A DNA stretch of 64,000 nucleotides from Bacilli bacterium (GTDB lineage Bacteria > Bacillota_I > Bacilli_A > RFN20 > CAG-826), in contig JAFVUY010000050.1 of assembly GCA_017502465.1 (NCBI GenBank), positions 12,256 to 76,255 of the forward strand. Reading direction: 5' to 3'. The position numbers and the translations under genes are program-made. Below the pieces are notes generated by a model that was not told the origin of the DNA, did not search any database, and saw only the letters and a program-made list of their open reading frames with translations. This document shows, piece by piece, positions 30,270 to 37,303 of this stretch (position 1 is the stretch's first letter; each line of letters opens with the position of its first letter).

Positions 30270-30346
30270 AATTATCTTAATTATAATATAAACTTTTCAA
30301 TAAATTACATTGTTTTGTAAAAATAATAGTAAGAAATTCTTTCTAA

Positions 30347-31276
30347 TTATTTTTGTTTGAAATTTTTAAGCAAAGAATAAATGAAAGAAATTGTTGATGG
30401 AATAATGAAAAAGACCCCGATTAATAATAAGGAGAATGGAGCAGGAATAAAACTATACAGTCCACTGAAAAGGAAGAAAGAAACAATTAAACTAGATAGC
30501 AAAATTATTGTTAAGATTTTATTCATTTTCATAAAACCTAAAGCTGTTTCGTTTATTGCTAAATAGATTAAAAACGCGAGTAATAAATAACTAATCGGAC
30601 CATAAACAAATGCGAAGATAATAATTAAAATTATTAAAACGTAAATAATGAGATTAATAATAACTTCACTTTTAAACGAAAGTGTATCATTAGTTTTTTC
30701 TGTAATTTTTTCAATTTCATCTTTAACCACCATAAAGGAAATTATGGTTTGCATTAAGGAGATAAAAAACACACTAATTGGAATTAAATAATCAATATAT
30801 GCAAAGTTTTCTAACTTAAATAGGTTGACAAAGGTTGTAATAACATTTACACCACTAAAAAGTTCAATAAGAGGTAAGGTTGCATAAGTGATAACACTTT
30901 GAATAATCGATGTGATGATAATAATTATTGAGTTACTGACCTTCTTTTCTATAAGGAGACCAAAAACGCCACCAGTGATAATCGATGGTAGAACATAAAA
31001 AAGAGTGTCTCCAATGTTGGATAGGGTAATAATTAAGCAAATTCCAAGTGTAGAAAATGCGTATATAGCGAAATAACGCTTTTTGCAGAAAAGCATTACG
31101 ATTGTAGATGTAAGAGGTAAGACAAAAACTATTAAGAAGAATAAATATGGAACAAATGTAGTGAGTAAGACAAAAACGACATTAATCGCCGCCATTATTG
31201 CCATATATGAGATATTTTGAGTGATAGTTTCTCTTTTTTTGAATATATTCATCCCCAATATTTTATCATCTAACAC
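30347..31276 (-). CDS. Polytopic membrane protein (DUF2232/YybS-like)
   Basis: Many TM segments. The start is probably the internal Met (MNIFKK). Confidence 0.6.
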   Translation of the reverse strand: MLDDKILGMNIFKKRETITQNISYMAIMAAINVVFVLLTTFVPYLFFLIVFVLPLTSTIVMLFCKKRYFAIYAFSTLGICLIITLSNIGDTLFYVLPSIITGGVFGLLIEKKVSNSIIIIITSIIQSVITYATLPLIELFSGVNVITTFVNLFKLENFAYIDYLIPISVFFISLMQTIISFMVVKDEIEKITEKTNDTLSFKSEVIINLIIYVLIILIIIFAFVYGPISYLLLAFLIYLAINETALGFMKMNKILTIILLSSLIVSFFLFSGLYSFIPAPFSLLLIGVFFIIPSTISFIYSLLKNFKQK

Positions 31277-31356
31277 AAAAATAATAAATTTTCTTAAGCA
31301 TTATTTTTCATCATTAATTAGTTTTGCTTTATTATGTAGTTAGGAGGATACATATT

Positions 31357-31731
31357 ATGAAATTCTATAAATGCCCAATATGCGGAAATATTGTTACAAT
31401 GATCAACGACTCTGGAGTCACCCCACACTGCTGTGGAGTAGAAATGGAAGAGCTTAACGCAAACACCGTTGATGCCTCGCTTGAAAAACATGTTCCAGTT
31501 GTAGAAATTGAAGAACAACACCTTAGCGTTAAAGTTGGTTCAGTTCCACATCCGATGACCCCCGAACACCATATCTCATTTATTGCTCTTGAAACAACAA
31601 AAGGATTTAGAGTCAATAAAATTAGCGATAAGCTTGAAGCTGTAACATGTTTCCCACTTTGCAAGAAGGAAACTCCAATCGCAGTTTACGAATACTGCAA
31701 TCTCCACGGTCTTTGGAAAGTTGAACTATAA
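31357..31731 (+). CDS. dfx: Desulfoferrodoxin (superoxide reductase)
   Basis: CPICGN...CCG..M, EKHVP, HPM...H.I, YCNLHGLW. RBS AGGAGG places the start at ATG 31357. Confidence 0.93.
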   Translation: MKFYKCPICGNIVTMINDSGVTPHCCGVEMEELNANTVDASLEKHVPVVEIEEQHLSVKVGSVPHPMTPEHHISFIALETTKGFRVNKISDKLEAVTCFPLCKKETPIAVYEYCNLHGLWKVEL

Positions 31732-31747
31732 TTCCCGCATTTGATAT

Positions 31748-31775
31748 AAAGGCTACCTTATAAGGTAGCTTTTTT
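31748..31775 (+). terminator. Intrinsic terminator after dfx
   Basis: GCTACCTT/AAGGTAGC inverted repeat followed by a T-run. Confidence 0.8.
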
Positions 31776-31819
31776 CATTCTATTTAGGTTAGACAAAGCG
31801 ATGGATACTATGTATAATT

Positions 31820-33913
31820 GTGTATGTTATGGGAAAGTTAAATTTTGTTTTAACAAAACTTATATTTTGGCCAATCATCGCATTAACCGCTGTCTTATTA
31901 AGTAGTTTTGAATTTGCCCCAGGTGATTTTTACAAAGGTTATTCTGATCCTGGTTTTTATATTATGGCGGGCGTTATTTTCTTTTTAATTATTATTTATT
32001 TTGTGTTGGAACATAGATTAAATAAGTTTAAAGTCCATCCTGTCTATTTCCCAATTTGTTTAACTTTACTTGTTTTAATGATTACAGCAATCTGGATGCA
32101 AGGAAGCGAAACTTTCACCAATAGCGAAACAAATTATACAATCGTAGTTTCTATAACTGTTACTCAAAAAATAAAATTTAGTGTGGTTATTGCTTTGTTT
32201 TTGACAAATATCTACATGATTTTATTCAGTTTTGGACGCAAACAATTTAGGGTTAAGCAAATATTCTGGTTTGTTAGAATCTATATTGCATTTGTTGTAT
32301 TTGCAATTATTTATTCTATCTCTACTGAATTTACTACATTAAAAGGAATCTTTGTCTCAGAAGGAACAGATTTAGTAGGGTTGAGTTCATTCTTCCATAA
32401 CGAAAACCTCTTTGCGATGTTTATTCTATATGCAATATTTGGTTGCTTCATTTTAAATTTTTATCACACTAGACCTCATAATTATATTTTAATCGCGGGC
32501 CTATTTTTCTATATGACATTAACCACATGCGCGGCTACATTCTTTGTTGGATTATGCGCTGTTATTATTTATATCATCTTTGACTTAATTCGAAACTTTA
32601 AAAAACATTGGGTGTTAACTTTAATCTCTGCTGGTATTTCAACAGCCATTATTGTTGGCGCTATTATTTTCTTTTCAACAGCGTATTCTAATGAAATTTC
32701 TTGGGTTAAAAACTTATTCACATATATTCAAAAAGAAATCTTTTCTAAAGACTTTAATACATTCACTGGTAGAACACGTATTTGGAAAGATATTTTTGAT
32801 AATTTAATTAATACCAATCTTGTTAATTTATTAATAGGTAGAGGTTATGGAACATCTTCCATGTTTTTAAAGGGATTAGGGTTAATGCATAGCAGTGGCT
32901 CTTTTGAAAGAGCTATTATTTCCGCTCACAATGGCTTAATTAATATCTTACTTAATAGCGGATTAATTGGTTTAGGTTTATATGCAATTCTTATCCTTTT
33001 AGTGGTATTTACCTGTATCTATTTACTTTTTAAGAAAAAAGTTAATCTTTCTATAACATTTGGGTTAATTATTTGCGGAGTTTTAGCGCACTCATTATTG
33101 GAAAGCGTTGCTTTCTATTCTACATCTATGGTTAATATGCTAGTCACAATTATGTTTATGTGTCCATTATTTAACTGTGCGAGAGGGGTCTTTAAACCTA
33201 AACTTGTTAATCAAGTTAAAAATGGTGATTACGCATATAACAAGATGCAATATCGCAAGTTACGTAGATTCATTAGCGTTGTTATTATTTCTTTAATTAT
33301 TCCTTGCGTTACTTTATTAACATCTTTGATGACCTATCAACATAAAGAGATGTTGAATACAGTTTTAACTATCTTAGTCGTGTTAGCGATTTCTTTAATC
33401 TTTGTTCCTCAATTAATCACAATGTTTTATAAAGATTCTAGTAGAAAGAGATTTATCTTTAGAACTATCTTCTATCCAATATTAACCACTGTTTTAGTTA
33501 GCGTATTAAGTGGTCTATATGTCCGATTCCTCTATAACAAAATAAATATTAAACCATATTTAGCAACTTTAATTATTTTTGTATCTATATTGTTGGTGTT
33601 AACATTCATTTTCACTTTAGTGAAAAAAGATAGATTTGTTCACTATTTGAGCGATACATTCTTACATAGTTTGTGCTTGGTGAAGATTGCTCTTCCATTA
33701 ACTTTAGTTGTTGGTGTCTTAGGAAATGTTATTTATGATATGTTATTTGTGCCTACACCTCTGACTGTCTTGGAAATTAATACTATTCCATTTATTTTGT
33801 ATTTCGTATTATTTGCAACTATTCCATCTAAAGAAAAATATTATTATACAAATTACTTTAATGAATTATCGCTTTATAACTTTAAAAGAACTACTCTAAA
33901 ATATAAAATTTAA
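31820..33913 (+). CDS. O-antigen ligase/Wzy_C-like membrane protein with extra C-terminal TM region
   Basis: TGRTRIW...LLIGRGYG...SAHNGLINILLNSGLIG signature and many TM helices. Confidence 0.72.
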   Translation: MYVMGKLNFVLTKLIFWPIIALTAVLLSSFEFAPGDFYKGYSDPGFYIMAGVIFFLIIIYFVLEHRLNKFKVHPVYFPICLTLLVLMITAIWMQGSETFTNSETNYTIVVSITVTQKIKFSVVIALFLTNIYMILFSFGRKQFRVKQIFWFVRIYIAFVVFAIIYSISTEFTTLKGIFVSEGTDLVGLSSFFHNENLFAMFILYAIFGCFILNFYHTRPHNYILIAGLFFYMTLTTCAATFFVGLCAVIIYIIFDLIRNFKKHWVLTLISAGISTAIIVGAIIFFSTAYSNEISWVKNLFTYIQKEIFSKDFNTFTGRTRIWKDIFDNLINTNLVNLLIGRGYGTSSMFLKGLGLMHSSGSFERAIISAHNGLINILLNSGLIGLGLYAILILLVVFTCIYLLFKKKVNLSITFGLIICGVLAHSLLESVAFYSTSMVNMLVTIMFMCPLFNCARGVFKPKLVNQVKNGDYAYNKMQYRKLRRFISVVIISLIIPCVTLLTSLMTYQHKEMLNTVLTILVVLAISLIFVPQLITMFYKDSSRKRFIFRTIFYPILTTVLVSVLSGLYVRFLYNKINIKPYLATLIIFVSILLVLTFIFTLVKKDRFVHYLSDTFLHSLCLVKIALPLTLVVGVLGNVIYDMLFVPTPLTVLEINTIPFILYFVLFATIPSKEKYYYTNYFNELSLYNFKRTTLKYKI

Positions 33914-33939
33914 AAATTTTCGGTAATATTTGAAAAAAC

Positions 33940-33966
33940 GTCCCTATTTATATTAGGGGCTTTTTT
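33940..33966 (+). terminator. Intrinsic terminator
   Basis: GTCCCTA-N7-TAGGGGC followed by T6. Confidence 0.75.
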
Positions 33967-34033
33967 AATTCTAAGAAAAAGTAAGGTTCTATATTTTGGT
34001 AATAATAGAAAGCCCTGATGGAAGGAGGCAAAA

Positions 34034-34096
34034 ATGGAAAATCAAAAGGATTTTTCTTATCCTCTATGTGGTTAGCCAAAGACACGAAATACATAA
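34034..34096 (+). pseudogene. comFA 5' remnant A (internally deleted) ending in the junction motif
   Basis: RBS AAGGAGG then MENQKDFSYPLCG*PKTRNT*. This resembles the ComFA N-terminus (F.CPICG) joined directly to the CGSPKTR.T* tail of remnant B. Confidence 0.6.
34067..34096 (+). repeat. Junction (attL-like) motif, copy 1
   Basis: TGTGGTTAGCCAAAGACACGAAATACATAA, 24/30 identical to 35125-35154. Confidence 0.75.
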
Positions 34097-34111
34097 CAAA
34101 AGGAGGAGAAT

Positions 34112-34414
34112 ATGAATAAATATAGAAGACACTTTAGAATATATTTTAAAAATAATCACCCTGCATATATTGTTGATGAGGAGGGGAATACCTATGTATT
34201 TCATAGAGTTACCCATTCGAAAACTTCTGGTGGTAGAAAAAATTGGACAAAAAATAATAACCCTATAAAAGGGGATAACAGACCAATGAGAATTGTGAAG
34301 AAACAAGAAAAAGATTCAAAAGCTCGATTTAGCTACTTCGAAATTGAACTTAAAAATGGCGTTGATATATCCTACCCAGAAATAAAAGTTATAAAAGAAA
34401 AAAAGAAGAAATAA
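34112..34414 (+). CDS. Small basic hypothetical protein, possibly PemK/MazF-like fold
   Basis: Strong RBS AAAGGAGG. HPAYIV...YVFHRVTHS is reminiscent of the RP-hydrophobic...TS pattern of PemK/MazF RNases. The fold call is inference. Confidence 0.7.
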   Translation: MNKYRRHFRIYFKNNHPAYIVDEEGNTYVFHRVTHSKTSGGRKNWTKNNNPIKGDNRPMRIVKKQEKDSKARFSYFEIELKNGVDISYPEIKVIKEKKKK

Positions 34415-34435
34415 AAAACAAGGATAAACCTTGTT
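34413..34435 (-). terminator. Intrinsic terminator closing the minus-strand RNA
   Basis: Minus strand reads AACAAGG-TTTAT-CCTTGTT-TTTT and overlaps the stop codon of the convergent ORF. Confidence 0.7.
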
Positions 34436-34745
34436 AGTTGTTTTGGACTCCATTGACACATTATGTTTCCCTCTAGTGTTCTAGGCGGGTGTCATCACTG
34501 CTTTAGTTGAGTTTATTAAGCAGCTGGTGTTCTCGTGGTCATTAATCACAAGTTGCCTTGTTCGCCATGTCTGGTGCCGGTCCTTACGCATACAAGTCCT
34601 AACTCTGCAACCGGTAATATCGATTGATATCAGTGAGGCTATTACCATTGAATCTAAGATTCATAAATAAGCGATCTAAACATAGATTTATTTAACAATC
34701 CCGACTAGGTAATCAACGTCCCTATGATCGCTTGCCATACGGCTA
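34413..34745 (-). ncRNA. Candidate ~330-nt structured non-coding RNA of unrecognised class
   Basis: About 41% GC by hand count (34441-34740), a chain of inverted repeats, and a promoter and terminator on the minus strand. No ORF with an RBS. Confidence 0.6.
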
Positions 34746-34751
34746 TCTATT

Positions 34752-34780
34752 ATTAAAACAAAACAAAAGAATTAATGCAA
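34752..34780 (-). promoter_or_regulatory. Sigma-A-type promoter P1 for the long RNA
   Basis: Minus strand TTGCAT, 17 bp, TTTAAT with TGn extended -10. Confidence 0.6.
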
Positions 34781-34796
34781 TATAAAGTCTATTAAA

Positions 34797-34847
34797 AAGA
34801 AAAAATGATTCACCAGACCAACAATGGATCTCACCTGCGAATCACCG
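34797..34847 (-). ncRNA. Candidate ~50-nt hairpin sRNA
   Basis: GGUGAUUCGC...AGAUC-N7-GGUCU...GUGAAUCAUU followed by a U-tail. Several G-U pairs form only on the minus strand. Confidence 0.5.
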
Positions 34848-34852
34848 CATAT

Positions 34853-34881
34853 ATTAAAACAAAATAAAGGAGGCAATGCAA
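34853..34881 (-). promoter_or_regulatory. Promoter P2, a duplicate of P1
   Basis: 34852-34885 is 29/34 identical to 34751-34784, with TTGCAT, 17 bp, TGn-TTTAAT conserved. Confidence 0.6.
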
Positions 34882-34882
34882 T

Positions 34883-35154
34883 ATAGAAACTTATAAATGC
34901 CCAGTTTGTGGCAACACAGATATTCATTTAATTGGTATGTTGAACGGTAAACCTTATAGTCGTAGATGTATCTCTTTTAAAGGTGAAGAAGTAGAACGCA
35001 AACCATCGTATCCTAAAAAGCACCTATTCACTTGGAATATGAGTTATCACCAGAGCAGAAAGAATTATCTGACAAGTTAGTGGAAAACTATAAAAAAGGA
35101 ATAGATAGTTTGGTTTATGCAGTATGCGGGTCGCCAAAAACACGAATAACATAA
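34883..35154 (+). pseudogene. comFA 5' remnant B (start lost, frameshifted, truncated at Walker A)
   Basis: Translates as CPVCGNTD...PKK/PIHLEY...LVYAVCGS-PKTRIT*, about 68/79 aa identical to ComFA residues 8-86. ATA sits where ATG is expected, and one base is missing in the A-run at 35015-35019. Confidence 0.9.
35125..35154 (+). repeat. Junction (attL-like) motif, copy 2
   Basis: TGCGGGTCGCCAAAAACACGAATAACATAA. Similarity to comFA breaks right after GGnTC. Confidence 0.75.
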
Positions 35155-35172
35155 TAGAAAGGAATAACTTTT

Positions 35173-36165
35173 ATGGAAAAAGAATTAAACGAAATTATAA
35201 CAATCATCCAGTCACATAAGGATAAAGCATATCGAAAAATTAATGAAGAATTAGTATTGATGTATTTTGAAATTGGCAAATACTTATCCATGAAGATTAA
35301 AGCAGAAAAATGGGGTTCGAAAACCATTGAATCGATTTCAAAAAATGTTATGAAAGTGTATCCAAATTTAAAAGGTTTTAACAGAGCAGGATTATATAGG
35401 ATGGTACAGTTTTATGAAGAATATGGAGACAATATAATTGTCTCAACACTGTCGAGACAAATTAGTTGGAGCAATAATATTCTAATTTTATCAAGTACAA
35501 AATCAATTGAAGAAAAAGAATTTTATTTAAGACTTTGTATTAAACACAATTACTCATATAGAGAACTAAATAGACAAATATCTAGTGGGTATTATGAAAG
35601 ATATTTATTGTCAGGCACGGACGCTTTAGAAAGTTTGACACCTGCTGTAGACGAGGATGATATTCCAAAATCGAAAATCTTAGACAATTATTCATTGGAG
35701 TTTTTAGATTTACCAAAAACATATTCTGAAAAAGATTTAAGAAAGTCCATAGTCTCAAATTTAAAAGACTTCATTCTAGAAATCGGTAATGATTTTTCCT
35801 TTATCGGAGAAGAGTACAGAATCCAAGTTGGAGTGCATGATTTTTATATTGATTTATTGTTTTACAACAGAACATATTCTTGTCTGGTCGCGTTTGAATT
35901 GAAAATAGGCGAATTTAAACCAGAATACATTTCAAAGATGAGTTTTTATTTGGAGTCATTAAATAGACAAGAAAAGAAGAATAACGAAAATCAAAGCGTA
36001 GGTATTATTCTATGCACTTCAAAAGATAAAACAGTCGTTGAGTATTCAGTGGCACAGAACAATTCAAATATAGCAATAAGTACATACGAGACAAAATTAA
36101 TAAATAAGAAATTGCTAGAAAACAAAATTAAAGAAATAAGGGAGATTCTTAATGTCGACAAATAA
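35173..36165 (+). CDS. YhcG/DUF1016 family PD-(D/E)XK nuclease-domain protein
   Basis: N-terminal YFEIG...WG...ISWS and C-terminal FILEIG.DF.F...IDLLFYNR...FELK...F.PEY..KM.FY. Confidence 0.92.
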   Translation: MEKELNEIITIIQSHKDKAYRKINEELVLMYFEIGKYLSMKIKAEKWGSKTIESISKNVMKVYPNLKGFNRAGLYRMVQFYEEYGDNIIVSTLSRQISWSNNILILSSTKSIEEKEFYLRLCIKHNYSYRELNRQISSGYYERYLLSGTDALESLTPAVDEDDIPKSKILDNYSLEFLDLPKTYSEKDLRKSIVSNLKDFILEIGNDFSFIGEEYRIQVGVHDFYIDLLFYNRTYSCLVAFELKIGEFKPEYISKMSFYLESLNRQEKKNNENQSVGIILCTSKDKTVVEYSVAQNNSNIAISTYETKLINKKLLENKIKEIREILNVDK

Positions 36166-37303
36166 TTTTGTTTGCCCAATATGTGGAAACACTGACATAT
36201 ATTCAATCGGTTACTTAAATGGCAAGCCATATTGCCGTAGATGTATCTCTTTTCGTGGTGAAGAAGTGGAACATAAACCTTCTTGCCCAAAGAAAGCTCC
36301 AATTCACTTAGAGTATGGGCTATCCACAGAACAGAAAGAATTGTCAGAAAAATTAGTGGAAAACTATAAGAAAGGCATAGATAGTTTAGTTTATGCGGTG
36401 TGTGGTTCTGGAAAAACCGAAATAGTTTTATCTTTGATAAGTCTAGTGGTTTCGTGCGGCGGGAATGTTGGTTTTGTGATTCCTAGAAGGGATGTTGTTA
36501 TAGAAATTCAAGAAAGGTTACAATCTATCTTTAAGGAAAATTTAGTTATTGGTGTTTATGGTAGCCATAGCGAAGAAAAAGAAGGAGATATAATTTGTCT
36601 CACTAGCCATCAGCTATATAGATACAAAAACTATTTTGATTTATTAATTATCGATGAAATAGACGCTTTCCCATTTAAAGGGAACGATGTTCTTGAATCA
36701 ATGTTTAAAAGTTCATTGAGAGGTCATTTTATTAAAATGAGCGCGACTCCATCAAATGAGGATATTGATTATTTCAAAAAAGAAGGAAGAGATATTTTAA
36801 AATTATTTAAACGATATCATGGAGATTATCTCCCGGTTCCTATAGTCAAAAAAAGAAATAATTTTTTCGCATTTTTTGAATTATTTAGATTACTCAAAAA
36901 GTATAAAAAGCAAAACAAACCAGTTTTTATTTTTTGTCCAACAATAAAGCTTGCTGAAAAGATATATGACATTACGAAATTATTTTTTAGTAGTGTAAAA
37001 TGCGTTCATTCGAAAAAAGAGGATAGAGCACAAACAATTTCATCATTTAAAAAGGGAGAATTTAAATTTTTAATTACTACATCTGTCTTAGAACGAGGGG
37101 TTACCGTTAAAGATTTGCAAGTCATTGTTATGTATAGTGATCACCAGCTATATGACGAATATGTTTTAATTCAGATTGCTGGAAGGGTTGGAAGAAAAAT
37201 AGGTGCGACAAAAGGAGATGTGATATTTATTTGTGAAGAAGAAAACCAACAAATTACTAACTGCATTAATAAAATCAAAACCGCAAACGAATCATTGCGT
37301 TAA
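36152..37303 (+). CDS. comFA: ComFA competence SF2 helicase/ATPase
   Basis: Zn ribbon CxxC...CxxC, AVCGSGKTE, IPRRDV, DEIDAFP, SATP, TTSVLERGVT, QIAGRVGR. Confidence 0.93.
   Translation: MSTNNFVCPICGNTDIYSIGYLNGKPYCRRCISFRGEEVEHKPSCPKKAPIHLEYGLSTEQKELSEKLVENYKKGIDSLVYAVCGSGKTEIVLSLISLVVSCGGNVGFVIPRRDVVIEIQERLQSIFKENLVIGVYGSHSEEKEGDIICLTSHQLYRYKNYFDLLIIDEIDAFPFKGNDVLESMFKSSLRGHFIKMSATPSNEDIDYFKKEGRDILKLFKRYHGDYLPVPIVKKRNNFFAFFELFRLLKKYKKQNKPVFIFCPTIKLAEKIYDITKLFFSSVKCVHSKKEDRAQTISSFKKGEFKFLITTSVLERGVTVKDLQVIVMYSDHQLYDEYVLIQIAGRVGRKIGATKGDVIFICEEENQQITNCINKIKTANESLR

Larger units (their letters stand above)
34073..36408. mobile_element. Putative tandem array of two cassettes integrated in comFA, with no integrase in the window
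   Basis: The unit [junction motif, RBS, cargo, comFA 5' end] occurs twice, and the last comFA 5' end joins the rest of comFA in frame. Confidence 0.7.

Noticed and set aside
34450-34500. Hammerhead-like core on the minus strand (GUGAUGAC...GGAAACAU...GUGUC)
   Set aside because: The core is GUGAUGA rather than CUGAnGA, no stem I is evident, and the same bases form a simpler UGACAC/GUGUCA helix.
34481-34648. 55-codon minus-strand ORF (MVIASLISID...) within the candidate ncRNA
   Set aside because: No RBS, atypical codons, and the sequence is better explained by base-pairing.
34413-34745. tmRNA, RNase P RNA or SRP RNA as the identity of the long RNA
   Set aside because: No tRNA-like ends, no GAGGAAAGUCC, and no SRP domain IV motif found on either strand.
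34569-34818. 8-nt complementarity between the short RNA (GUCUGGUG) and the long RNA (CACCAGAC)
   Set aside because: An 8-mer match between sequences of these lengths can easily arise by chance.
34034-35154. CRISPR array or type III antitoxin tandem repeats
   Set aside because: Each repeat has only two degenerate copies with gene-sized or 101-bp spacing, and no cas genes are in the window.
34883-35154. Remnant B as an assembly artefact or recent tandem duplication of comFA
   Set aside because: Many synonymous differences from the intact copy and a foreign tail shared with remnant A argue against it, although only read mapping can fully exclude a chimeric assembly.
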